Shown: in pieces, positions 21,077 to 30,645 of the stretch
Position numbering within the stretch: position 1 is the stretch's first letter
Layout of the letters: each line of letters begins with the position of its first letter
Assembly: GCF_012571795.1 (NCBI RefSeq)
Contig: NZ_CP046222.1
Location: forward strand, 390,819 to 422,818
Direction of reading: 5' to 3'
Length of the DNA stretch: 32,000 nucleotides
Source of the DNA: Candidatus Saccharimonadota bacterium
Lineage (GTDB): Bacteria; Pseudomonadota; Gammaproteobacteria; Enterobacterales; Enterobacteriaceae
The notes under the pieces: generated by a model
Seen by the model: only the letters and a program-made list of their open reading frames with translations
Databases searched by the model: none
Told to the model about the DNA's origin: nothing
Program-made: the position numbers and the translations under genes

Positions 21077-21715
21077 ATGAATAACATGAAAAATATCCAA
21101 GATGAAACAATAACAAATACAAAACAACATGAACATGATAATGAACATGAAAATATAGATATAAAAAATAAAAAAAATCATAAAGATAAAAAAAAAAATG
21201 TTTTACAAAATAATGAAATACAAGTTTTAAAGAGTGAAAACGATCAATTACAATCTGAAAATTTATTATTAAAAGATAATATTCAAAAATATGAAAAAAC
21301 TATATGGAATATTAAATTAAGTAATCAAGCTGAAATAGAAAATATTAGGAAAAGATCTGCTTTAGACATAGAAAATACTTATAAATTTTCTTTAGAAAAA
21401 ATTATTACAGAACTATTACCAGTAATTGATAATTTAGAACGTGCAATAATTTTAGAAAAAAATAATGATAATTTTAATTCAATTGTAGAAGGTATTAATT
21501 TAACCTTAAAATCATTTATTAATACGATTAAAAAATTTGGTGTAGAAATTATTGATAAAATTAATATACCTTTTAATCCTTTACAACATCAAGCTATGTC
21601 TGTTGTTAAATCTGATACAATACAAGACAATTACATTATAGAAGTTTTACAAAAAGGTTATATGTTAAATGGCAGATTATTAAGACCTGCTATGGTAATT
21701 ATCTCACAAAATTAA
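21077..21715 (+). CDS. grpE: Nucleotide exchange factor GrpE
   Basis: 212-aa ORF with a conserved core (LLPVIDNLERA, NPLQHQAMS, GYMLNGRLLRPAMV). The first 60 aa or so are a low-complexity H/N/K/D-rich extension. Confidence 0.93.
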   Translation: MNNMKNIQDETITNTKQHEHDNEHENIDIKNKKNHKDKKKNVLQNNEIQVLKSENDQLQSENLLLKDNIQKYEKTIWNIKLSNQAEIENIRKRSALDIENTYKFSLEKIITELLPVIDNLERAIILEKNNDNFNSIVEGINLTLKSFINTIKKFGVEIIDKINIPFNPLQHQAMSVVKSDTIQDNYIIEVLQKGYMLNGRLLRPAMVIISQN

Positions 21716-21799
21716 AAATTAATAATTATTTGTATAATAAATGCATATATTATTTATTATAAAATATTTTATAATAAAATATTAATTAAGGAAATATAA

Positions 21800-22012
21800 A
21801 TGTCTAAAATATGTCAAATAACAGGGAAAAAAACTATAAAAGGTAATAATCGTTCTCATGCTATGAATGCTACTAAAAGAAAGTTTATACCTAATTTACA
21901 TTATCATAAATTTTGGGTAAAAAAACAAAACAAATTTATTAAATTACGCATATCTACAAAAGGTATAAGATTAATTAATAAAAAAGGTATAGAACATATT
22001 TTATCAATATAA
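21800..22012 (+). CDS. rpmB: 50S ribosomal protein L28
   Basis: 70-aa [38 protein letters not shown]. coli has [34 protein letters not shown]. An AAGGA Shine-Dalgarno lies upstream. Confidence 0.95.
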   Translation: MSKICQITGKKTIKGNNRSHAMNATKRKFIPNLHYHKFWVKKQNKFIKLRISTKGIRLINKKGIEHILSI

Positions 22013-22048
22013 TTTCAATTATTAAAATTAGGATATTAAAATTATTTT

Positions 22049-22216
22049 ATGGCTAAACATTCTCGTAATATAATTAAATTAGTTTCTACGGCAAATACTG
22101 GACATTTTTATACTACTACTAAAAATAAAAAAAATAATACAAAAATAATAGAAATTAAAAAATTTGATCCCATTATTAGAAAACATGTTTTATATAAAGA
22201 AAAAAAAATTAAATAA
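22049..22216 (+). CDS. rpmG: 50S ribosomal protein L33
   Basis: Too short for the ORF track. My translation is [55 protein letters not shown] (55 aa). It aligns end to end with E. coli L33 and follows rpmB as in the rpmBG operon. Confidence 0.93.
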   Translation: MAKHSRNIIKLVSTANTGHFYTTTKNKKNNTKIIEIKKFDPIIRKHVLYKEKKIK

Positions 22217-22251
22217 ATATATAAATTATTATAATTATATAACATAGTATT

Positions 22252-22290
22252 TAATCAATAATGTTATTTTTTTTATAACATTATTGATTA
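22252..22290. terminator. Perfect 16-bp hairpin between convergent rpmG and rpmE; candidate bidirectional intrinsic terminator
   Basis: Arm TAATCAATAATGTTAT (22252-22267) pairs with ATAACATTATTGATTA (22275-22290), with a T7 loop between them. It lies in the 94-nt gap between two convergent gene ends. Confidence 0.6.
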
Positions 22291-22310
22291 TTTAGAAAAT
22301 AATATTTACC

Positions 22311-22526
22311 CTAAAATTTTATATTTTTAAATTTCTTTTTAAAACGTTCAACACGTCCTTTAGTATCAATAATTTTTTGTGTGCCTGTATAAAAAGGATG
22401 GCAAAGATTACAAACATCTAAATTTAATTCTTTATTATTTTGTAAAGTTGATTTAGTATAAATAATATTCCCACAAGAACATTTTGCTGTAATACAATTA
22501 TAATTGGGATGAATACCTGTTTTCAT
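22311..22526 (-). CDS. rpmE: 50S ribosomal protein L31 (Zn-ribbon form)
   Basis: 71-aa [23 protein letters not shown]...[13 protein letters not shown]. It is divergent from priA, as in E. coli. Confidence 0.95.
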   Translation of the reverse strand: MKTGIHPNYNCITAKCSCGNIIYTKSTLQNNKELNLDVCNLCHPFYTGTQKIIDTKGRVERFKKKFKNIKF

Positions 22527-22637
22527 AATAAATCCTTAATATATTATATTACTAAAAAATAAATAAAGTAATTATATAAAATTGTAATTTCAATTACAAG
22601 AATAATTCGTTTACATATTAAATAATAAATATTAATT

Positions 22638-24764
22638 ATGAGAATTGCACAAGTTGTTTTTAATAATATTTTTTTATATGAACCTTATGATTATTTATTA
22701 CCAAAATATATGATTGTAAATATTGGTTATAGAGTTATTGCACCTATTAAAAATAATAAACATATAGGTATAGTAATCAATATTACAAATAGTACAAATA
22801 TAAAAATAAAAAAATTAAAATTTTTATATAAAACATTAGATAATCAATCACAATTTAATAATATATTATGGAATATTGCAAATAAAATATCAAAATATTA
22901 TTTATGTCCTATTGGTGTTATTTTATTTAAGATGTTAATTATAAATAAACAAAATAAATATTATAATATAAATAATAATATTAATATTAAATATGTTAAA
23001 TCATTAACACCTAAAATTAATATTCAAAAATTTAAAATATTAAAAAAATATGGTGTTTTAGTAAATAATATTTATTATTATGATTTAAATAAAAATATAA
23101 TATTTAATTTAAAAAAAAAAATTTTTTATATATTAAATAAAATAAAAGATAGGACTATTAATTTACATACAAATCTAATTAATAAAAATATTATTAATTA
23201 TAGTATTAATATACCCATAAATATATTTAATATATGGGTATCAAATAGTAGTTTCGTTTTTTTTAATGAAATGAATATATATTTATATCTTATAAATAAT
23301 ATTTTACTAAATAATAAACAGATATTAGTAATAACATCACAACAATATTATATATATTATATATATAAATATTTTACAAATACATTTAATGTACCTATAT
23401 GTTTATTATGTTCAAATTTATCTGTAAAACAAAAATTTTTATTAAGTAATAATATTAAAACAGGTAAAATATTAATAATTATAGGTAACCAACAATCTAT
23501 CTTTATGTCATTTAATAATTTAGGATTAATTATTATTAATGAAGAGCATGATTATACATATAAAAAAAAATATGGATTAAGATATAATACAAAAAAAATA
23601 GCTATTTTACGTGCTAAAATAGAAAATATCCCAATTATATTAAATTCAAAAACTTTATGTTTAGAAACATTATATAATATTAATATAGATAAATATAAAT
23701 TTTTACATATAACATCTGACAAATATATATATAATAATTTTTATTTCAAAATTATTAATACAAATAATCAATTATTAAAATGTGGTATATCACCAAAACT
23801 CATACAAAATATTAATATACATATTAAAAATCAAGGACAAGTTATAGTATATTGTAAAAACACAGGATATGCACAAGCTATTTTATGTAATACTTGTAAA
23901 AAATGTATAAAATGTTTTAAATGTAATAAAAATTATATTTTTTATAAAAAAAATCGTCAATTATATTGTAAATATTGTAATACTATAATAAATATGTTTA
24001 AAATATGTCAGCATTGTAAATCTAATAATTTTATTCCTCTTGGTATAGGCACAGAACAACTTAAAGAATTTTTACAAAAAATATTTTTTAATATTCCTAT
24101 ATTATTAATTAATAAAAGTTATTCATTAAATACATTATCATTATATATTTATGATAAACCAATAATTGTAATTACATCAAAAATATTATATAAAAAATAT
24201 TTTACTTTTTTAAATAATACATTAATTGTATTTTTTAATACAGATTATATTTTTTTTTCTAATAATTTTCGTACCACAGAATATTTTTTTCAAAATTTTT
24301 TTAATATATTAAATAATCATTTTGAAAAAAATAAAAAAAAAGTTGTAATATTACAAACTTGTTATATACAACATCCTTTTTTTGATACTATTATTAATAG
24401 TACAGATAAATATAATGATTTAGTAAATATGATTTTGTGTGAAAGAAAAAAATTAATTTTGCCACCATTTAGTAGGCATATATTGTTAATATTTGAATCT
24501 GTAAAAAAACATATATTATTAGAATTTTTATCTATTTTAAAAATAAAAATTATATCAATAATTAAAAATGATAAAAATATTTCTATAATTGATCCTTTAG
24601 AATTTATAATTAATAAAACACAACTAATATTTCGCACACAAATAATATTACAATATACTTGTAATAAACAAATAAAATATATTAAAAATAATATTTTATA
24701 CTTTATAAAAAATATTAAAAACTCTAATAAAATTAAATTTATGATTGATATCGATCCTATTTAA
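22638..24764 (+). CDS. priA: Primosomal protein N' (PriA) homologue with degenerate helicase ATPase motifs
   Basis: 708-aa ORF collinear with E. coli PriA. The N-terminus is MRIAQVV...YDYLLPKYM..GYRVIAPI..IGIV. The Cys-rich zinc region is CNTCKKCIKCFKCN...CKYCN...CQHCKSNNFIPLGIGTEQL. The C-terminus is LILPPFSRHILL and MIDIDPI. It is divergent from rpmE. Confidence 0.9.
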   Translation: MRIAQVVFNNIFLYEPYDYLLPKYMIVNIGYRVIAPIKNNKHIGIVINITNSTNIKIKKLKFLYKTLDNQSQFNNILWNIANKISKYYLCPIGVILFKMLIINKQNKYYNINNNINIKYVKSLTPKINIQKFKILKKYGVLVNNIYYYDLNKNIIFNLKKKIFYILNKIKDRTINLHTNLINKNIINYSINIPINIFNIWVSNSSFVFFNEMNIYLYLINNILLNNKQILVITSQQYYIYYIYKYFTNTFNVPICLLCSNLSVKQKFLLSNNIKTGKILIIIGNQQSIFMSFNNLGLIIINEEHDYTYKKKYGLRYNTKKIAILRAKIENIPIILNSKTLCLETLYNINIDKYKFLHITSDKYIYNNFYFKIINTNNQLLKCGISPKLIQNINIHIKNQGQVIVYCKNTGYAQAILCNTCKKCIKCFKCNKNYIFYKKNRQLYCKYCNTIINMFKICQHCKSNNFIPLGIGTEQLKEFLQKIFFNIPILLINKSYSLNTLSLYIYDKPIIVITSKILYKKYFTFLNNTLIVFFNTDYIFFSNNFRTTEYFFQNFFNILNNHFEKNKKKVVILQTCYIQHPFFDTIINSTDKYNDLVNMILCERKKLILPPFSRHILLIFESVKKHILLEFLSILKIKIISIIKNDKNISIIDPLEFIINKTQLIFRTQIILQYTCNKQIKYIKNNILYFIKNIKNSNKIKFMIDIDPI

Positions 24765-24801
24765 TTTATTAATATATAAAACTCATGTAGGATATTAATA
24801 T

Positions 24802-26685
24802 ATGTCTAACATAAATAGATTTGATATTATAATTGTAGGTGGTGGTCATGCTGGTACTGAAGCCGCTATTGCTAGCACTCAAATGAAAAAAAAAACTTTA
24901 TTAATTACAAATAATATAGATACTATAGGACAGATGTCTTGTAATCCTGCAATTGGCGGGATAGGCAAGGGACATTTAGTAAAAGAAATAGATGCTCTAA
25001 ATGGTTTAATGGGTACTGCTATTGATCATTCAGGAATTCATTTTAAGATACTAAATAATAGTAAAGGACCTGCAGTTAGAGCAACTAGAGCACAAGCTGA
25101 TCGTGAATTATATCGTCGTAATATTAAATATACTTTAGAAAAAAAAGAATTTTTATCTATTTTACAACAAGAAGTAACAAAATTAATAATAAAGAAATAT
25201 GTTGTACAAGGTGTTATTACAAAAAATAATGATATATTTTATGCAAATGCTATTATTTTAACTAATGGTACATTTTTAAATGGATTAATTTATATAGGTT
25301 TAGATAATAAATTCGCAGGTGGTAGAATTAATGATTTATCTTCTATAAAGTTAGCACATTTTTTACAAGATTTACCTTTAAAAACAGGTAGATTAAAAAC
25401 AGGTACACCACCACGTATTAATAAAAATAGTATTAATTTTTCTCAATTAGAAAGTCAACATAGTGATAATCCTTTGCCACATTTTTCTTTTATAGGAAAT
25501 AATAAACAACATCCTAAACAATTACCATGCCATATTACTTATACTAATCATAACACACATCAAATTATATTAGATAATATTAATAATAGTCCTCTATATA
25601 ATGGAATATTAACAAGCAAAGGTCCAAGATATTGTCCATCTATTGAAGATAAAATAATAAGATTTCCTAATAAAAATAAACATCAAATTTTTTTAGAACC
25701 TGAAGGATTATATAGTAATGAAATATATCCAAATGGTATTTCTACTAGTTTGCCTTTTAATATACAATTATTAATTTTAAGATCTATTAAGGGATTAGAA
25801 AATGCACAAATAACACGTCCAGGATATGCTGTAGAATATAATTTCTATGATCCTAAAGATCTTAAACCTACGATGGAAAGTAAATATATACAAAGATTAT
25901 TTTTAGCAGGACAAATAAATGGTACAACAGGTTATGAAGAAGCTGCATCACAAGGATTATTAGCTGGATTAAATGCATCTCTAATAATAGATGATAAATC
26001 TACTTGGTTCCCTTTAAGAAACCAAGCATATATAGGTGTATTAATAGATGATTTATGTACTTTGGGTACTACAGAACCATATCGTATGTTTACTTCTCGT
26101 GCTGAATATAGATTAATTTTACGAGAAGATAATGCTGATATGCGTTTAACAGAAATTGGCTATAAATTAGGTTTAGTCAATAATGAAAGATGGATAATAT
26201 TTAATAAAAAAATAGAAAACATAGAAAAAGAAAAACAAAGATTAAAAAATCTTTATGTTTCTTATAAAGATATTAATATCAATAAACAATTAAATTATTT
26301 ATTAAATAATCCTTTAAAAAAAAATATGAATGGCATTGATTTATTAAAACGTACAGAAATATATTATGATGATTTAATTAAATTAGACACTTTTAGTCCA
26401 GGATTACATAATAAAGAAATTACCACATATATTGAAACTGAAATAAAATATGAAGGATATATTAAAAGACAAACAGAACATATAGAAAAACAAAAAAAAT
26501 ATGAAAAAACATTAATTCCTATTAATTTAAAATTTAATATTATTAAAGGGTTATCTAATGAAGCTATTGATAAATTTAATTTATATAAACCCTATACTAT
26601 AGGACAAGCTTCTAGAATTGCGGGAATTACAAATTCTGATATCACTATATTATTAATATATATATTAAAAAATAGATATAAATAA
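24802..26685 (+). CDS. mnmG: tRNA uridine 5-carboxymethylaminomethyl modification enzyme MnmG (GidA)
   Basis: 627-aa ORF with the FAD dinucleotide motif [16 protein letters not shown], plus [34 protein letters not shown] and TSRAEYRL. Confidence 0.96.
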   Translation: MSNINRFDIIIVGGGHAGTEAAIASTQMKKKTLLITNNIDTIGQMSCNPAIGGIGKGHLVKEIDALNGLMGTAIDHSGIHFKILNNSKGPAVRATRAQADRELYRRNIKYTLEKKEFLSILQQEVTKLIIKKYVVQGVITKNNDIFYANAIILTNGTFLNGLIYIGLDNKFAGGRINDLSSIKLAHFLQDLPLKTGRLKTGTPPRINKNSINFSQLESQHSDNPLPHFSFIGNNKQHPKQLPCHITYTNHNTHQIILDNINNSPLYNGILTSKGPRYCPSIEDKIIRFPNKNKHQIFLEPEGLYSNEIYPNGISTSLPFNIQLLILRSIKGLENAQITRPGYAVEYNFYDPKDLKPTMESKYIQRLFLAGQINGTTGYEEAASQGLLAGLNASLIIDDKSTWFPLRNQAYIGVLIDDLCTLGTTEPYRMFTSRAEYRLILREDNADMRLTEIGYKLGLVNNERWIIFNKKIENIEKEKQRLKNLYVSYKDININKQLNYLLNNPLKKNMNGIDLLKRTEIYYDDLIKLDTFSPGLHNKEITTYIETEIKYEGYIKRQTEHIEKQKKYEKTLIPINLKFNIIKGLSNEAIDKFNLYKPYTIGQASRIAGITNSDITILLIYILKNRYK

Positions 26686-27109
26686 TAAATATATATTATT
26701 ATATATTTTCATTATTTATTATTATAAATAAAACTATCAATATAAATTATACATAATAATATATTGAGAACATATTAATTATTTTATTAATAAAACTTAT
26801 TGGTATAATTGTATATAACTAAAAAGAATAAAATATATTATTTTATATCAAAAAATATTATATATATAATAAAAATAATATTTTAAATAAATAATATATT
26901 TATTTGATTTATTAAACATTATAAAATCTCATAATATAATCATAATTATTAATTTTAAATATTAAAAAAAAATAAATAATATATACATTAATATATATTG
27001 TTTTTTTATATAATTATTTTTTAATCTAAATTAACATACTATTTCATATTTTAAAATTTTAGTATTTTGCTATATGTATAATTAATTTAATATATTTTAA
27101 GGTTCTAAT

Positions 27110-29395
27110 ATGAATAAAACTATATTCGTTATAAAAAAAAATGGTAATAATGAAATACTAAATTTACAAAAAATATATATAGTATTATCATATGCGTCAC
27201 AAAATTTAAACAATATATCTATAAAAAAAATAATAAATAAATTACATCTACATATTTATAATAATATTAGTACTACTATTATACATGATATTTTAATAAA
27301 AATTACAGCAGATTTAATTTCAGAAAAATATCCTAATTATCAATATATAGCTGCTAGATTAGTAATTTTTAATTTAAGAAAGAAGGCATATGGACAATTT
27401 GTACCGCCAAATTTATATAATCATGTTAAAAATATTATTAAATTAAATAAATATGATCCAATAATATTAAAATATTATTCAAAAGAAGAATTCCAATATA
27501 TGAATGATATATTAGATCATAATCGTGATATGTTATTTTCATATGCTGCTGCTAAACAATTAGAAGGTAAATATTTATTACAAGATCGTGTTACAGGACA
27601 AATTTATGAAAGTGCGCAATTTCTTTATATTTTGATATCTGCTTATTTATTTGCAAAATATAATACTAATATAAGAATGTATTATATAAAAAAATTTTAT
27701 AATGCTATTTCAACATTTAAAATTTCTTTACCTACCCCAATTATGTCAGGTGTGAGAACACCAACTAAACAATTTAGTTCATGTATTTTAATTGAATGTG
27801 ATGATAGTATTGATTCTATTAATGCAACTGCTAGTGTTATTATGAAATATGTTTCACAAAAAGCAGGTATAGGCATTAATGCTGGACGTATTCGTGCTGT
27901 AGGCAGTCCTATAAGAAATGGTGAAGCATATCATACTGGATGTATACCATTTTTTAAACATTTTCAGACTGCAATCAAATCTTGTTCACAAGGTGGAGTA
28001 AGAGGTGGAGCAGGGACTTTATTTTATCCATTATGGCATTTTGAAATTATGAATTTATTAGTATTAAAAAATAATAGAGGGATAGATTCTAATAGAATTA
28101 GACATATTGATTATGGAGTACAAATTAATAAATTATTATACCAACGTTTAATTAATGGTGATAATATTACATTATTTAGTCCATCAGATGTTCCTGATTT
28201 ATATGAGGCATTTTTTAAAGATCAACATACATTTGCTACATTATATAAATATTATGAAAATAAAAAAAATATTAGGAAAAAAAATATTAGTGCTATAAAT
28301 TTATTTACATTAATGATGCAAGAAAGAACATCTACAGGTAGAATTTATATACAAAATGTCGATCATTGTAATACTCATTCAGCGTTTAATGCTAAAATAG
28401 CACCTATAAAACAATCTAATTTATGTTTAGAAGTTACTTTACCTACAAAAATATTAAATAATGTTAATGATCCTGAAGGTGAAATTGGTTTATGTACATT
28501 AGCGGCATTTAATTTAGGTAGTATTAAAGATTTAAATGAATTACAAAGTTTATCTGATTTAATCGTAAGAGCTTTAAATTGTTTATTAGATTATCAATCT
28601 TATTTATTACCAGCAGCTAAAAAATCAGCACTAGGGCGTAGATCATTAGGAATTGGTGTTATTAATTTTGCTTACTATTTAGCTAAAAATAATGTTAAAT
28701 ATTCAGATTATAGTGCTAATAATTTAACTCATAAAACTTTTGAAGCTATACAATATTTCTTGTTGAAAGCATCTAATAATCTTGCTAAGCAAGAAGGACC
28801 ATGTCCTTTATTTAAGGAAACAAATTATTATCATGGTATATTGCCAATTGATCATTATAAAAAATCAGTTGATAATTTACATACAGAATGTTTACATTAT
28901 AATTGGGAGAAATTAAGAAAAAATATTAAAAAATATGGATTACGTAATTCAACATTATCAGCATTAATGCCATCTGAAACATCTTCACAAATATCTAATG
29001 CTACTAATGGTATTGAACCGCCTAGAGGTTTTATGAGTATAAAAACATCAAAAAATGGTATTTTAAAACAAATAGTACCAGAATTTGATTTATTAAAAGA
29101 CAAATATGAATTATTATGGGATATTCCTCATAATTATGGTTATCTACAACTTGTAGGTTTAATGCAAAAATTTATTGATCAATCTATTTCAACAAATTTA
29201 AATTATGATCCTAAACGTTTTAAATATGATAAAATTCCTGTACAACAACTTTTAAAAGATATTTTAATAGCTTATAAATTAGGTATTAAAACTTTATATT
29301 ATCAAAATACTCGCGATGGTGCTCAAAATATAAAAGATCAAAATATTCTATTCCAAAAAAATAGTCATTGTACAGATGATTCTTGTACTATTTAA
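27110..29395 (+). CDS. nrdA: Class Ia ribonucleoside-diphosphate reductase alpha subunit
   Basis: 761-aa ORF collinear with E. coli NrdA. It has an ATP-cone N-terminus, then ISLPTPIMSGVRTPTKQFSSCILIE, SQGGVRGGA, NLCLEV, SALMPSETSSQISNATNGIEPP and a C-terminal Cys pair CTDDSC. Confidence 0.97.
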   Translation: MNKTIFVIKKNGNNEILNLQKIYIVLSYASQNLNNISIKKIINKLHLHIYNNISTTIIHDILIKITADLISEKYPNYQYIAARLVIFNLRKKAYGQFVPPNLYNHVKNIIKLNKYDPIILKYYSKEEFQYMNDILDHNRDMLFSYAAAKQLEGKYLLQDRVTGQIYESAQFLYILISAYLFAKYNTNIRMYYIKKFYNAISTFKISLPTPIMSGVRTPTKQFSSCILIECDDSIDSINATASVIMKYVSQKAGIGINAGRIRAVGSPIRNGEAYHTGCIPFFKHFQTAIKSCSQGGVRGGAGTLFYPLWHFEIMNLLVLKNNRGIDSNRIRHIDYGVQINKLLYQRLINGDNITLFSPSDVPDLYEAFFKDQHTFATLYKYYENKKNIRKKNISAINLFTLMMQERTSTGRIYIQNVDHCNTHSAFNAKIAPIKQSNLCLEVTLPTKILNNVNDPEGEIGLCTLAAFNLGSIKDLNELQSLSDLIVRALNCLLDYQSYLLPAAKKSALGRRSLGIGVINFAYYLAKNNVKYSDYSANNLTHKTFEAIQYFLLKASNNLAKQEGPCPLFKETNYYHGILPIDHYKKSVDNLHTECLHYNWEKLRKNIKKYGLRNSTLSALMPSETSSQISNATNGIEPPRGFMSIKTSKNGILKQIVPEFDLLKDKYELLWDIPHNYGYLQLVGLMQKFIDQSISTNLNYDPKRFKYDKIPVQQLLKDILIAYKLGIKTLYYQNTRDGAQNIKDQNILFQKNSHCTDDSCTI

Positions 29396-29435
29396 TTCAT
29401 AATAAAAGAATAATTATTAAAATTTGGATAATAAA

Positions 29436-30566
29436 ATGAGTTATACTACTTTTTCTCATAAAAAAAATAATCAATTAAAAGAACCAATGTTTTTTGGACA
29501 AAACGTAAATATATCTCGTTTTGATCAACAAAAACATCATATTTTTGAACACTTAATTGAAAAACAATTAAGCTTTTTTTGGCGTCCAGAAGAAATAGAT
29601 ATATCTTGTGATAGAATTCACTATCAAAAATTACCAAAACATGAACAACACATATTTATTAGTAATTTGAAATATCAAACTTTATTAGATTCTATTCAAG
29701 GACGTAGTCCTAATATTGCATTATTACCTTTAATTTCTATACCGGAGTTAGAAACATGGATAGAAACGTGGTCTTTTTTTGAAACCATTCATTCTCGTTC
29801 ATATACTCATATAATTCGTAATATTATTAATGAACCATCTTTAATTTTTGATGATATTATAACAAATAAAAATATTATTTTAAGAACACAAGATATAATC
29901 AAATATTATGATGAATTAATTAATGCAACATATTATTGGCATATATTTGGTGAAGGAATTCATTATGTTAATAATAAAAAAATTGTTGTAAATTTATATG
30001 AATTAAAAAAGAAATTATATCTATGTTTAATGAATGTTAATATTTTAGAAGCCATAAGATTTTATGTTAGTTTTGCTTGTTCTTTTGCATTCGCAGAAAG
30101 AGAACTTATGGAAGGAAATGCTAAAATTATTAGATTTATAGCAAGAGATGAATATTTACATTTGATAGGCACACAATATATTTTAAATATTATGCAAAAA
30201 GGTATTGAAGATAAAGATATGGCTAAAATAGCTATAGAATGTCAAGATCAATGTTATCAATTATTTTTAAACGCAGTACAACAAGAACAACAATGGGCAA
30301 ATTATTTATTTCAAAATGGTTCTATTATTGGATTAAACAAAAATATATTATGTCAATATATTGAATATATTACAAATATTAGGATGAATAATGTAGGGTT
30401 AGGAACGCCATTTAAAATATTAAAAAATCCTATCCCATGGATGGATTCATGGTTAATATCAGATAACGTACAAATGGCACCACAAGAAGTTGAGGTAAGC
30501 TCTTATTTAGTTGGACAAATTGATTCAACAGTAAATATTAAAGATTTTAATAATTTTAAATTATAA
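29436..30566 (+). CDS. nrdB: Class Ia ribonucleoside-diphosphate reductase beta subunit
   Basis: [22 protein letters not shown] matches the E. coli NrdB N-terminus ([22 protein letters not shown]). The di-iron and radical-site contexts [29 protein letters not shown] and ARDEYLH are present. The track ORF starts 4 codons earlier at TTG 29424; ATG 29436 is preferred. Confidence 0.96.
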   Translation: MSYTTFSHKKNNQLKEPMFFGQNVNISRFDQQKHHIFEHLIEKQLSFFWRPEEIDISCDRIHYQKLPKHEQHIFISNLKYQTLLDSIQGRSPNIALLPLISIPELETWIETWSFFETIHSRSYTHIIRNIINEPSLIFDDIITNKNIILRTQDIIKYYDELINATYYWHIFGEGIHYVNNKKIVVNLYELKKKLYLCLMNVNILEAIRFYVSFACSFAFAERELMEGNAKIIRFIARDEYLHLIGTQYILNIMQKGIEDKDMAKIAIECQDQCYQLFLNAVQQEQQWANYLFQNGSIIGLNKNILCQYIEYITNIRMNNVGLGTPFKILKNPIPWMDSWLISDNVQMAPQEVEVSSYLVGQIDSTVNIKDFNNFKL

Positions 30567-30580
30567 TTTAAATATTATTT

Positions 30581-30612
30581 TTATATGACTGTTTTATATA
30601 ACAGTCATATAA
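30581..30612. terminator. Perfect 13-bp hairpin between convergent nrdB and the antiporter gene; candidate bidirectional terminator
   Basis: Arm TTATATGACTGTT (30581-30593) pairs with AACAGTCATATAA (30600-30612) around a 6-nt loop. The stem contains G/C pairs, which are rare in these spacers. It lies in the 79-nt gap between two convergent gene ends. Confidence 0.55.
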
Positions 30613-30645
30613 ATACATAAAAAAATATTTTTTATATAAAAAAAT

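Noticed and set aside
24362-24637. 91-aa ORF antisense to priA
   Set aside because: It is embedded in priA and is I/F/N/S low complexity. It is somewhat long for 80% AT DNA, but nothing else supports it.
24765-24801. Replication origin next to mnmG/gidA, as in E. coli
   Set aside because: Only 37 nt separate priA and mnmG. I saw no DnaA-box (TTATCCACA) match there or in the other spacers. The TGTGGATGA strings at about 112 and about 3645 lie inside nuo coding sequence.
27034-27080. Two AT-rich segments about 32 bp apart upstream of nrdA (ACATACTATTTCATAT and GCTATATGTATA); considered as NrdR boxes
   Set aside because: Only about 9 of 16 positions match the NrdR palindrome consensus as I recall it. 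That is not significant in DNA of about 8% GC.
28897-29637. Two ORFs antisense to nrdA (28897-29103) and nrdB (29446-29637)
   Set aside because: They are embedded in the two most conserved genes of the window and have no independent signal.
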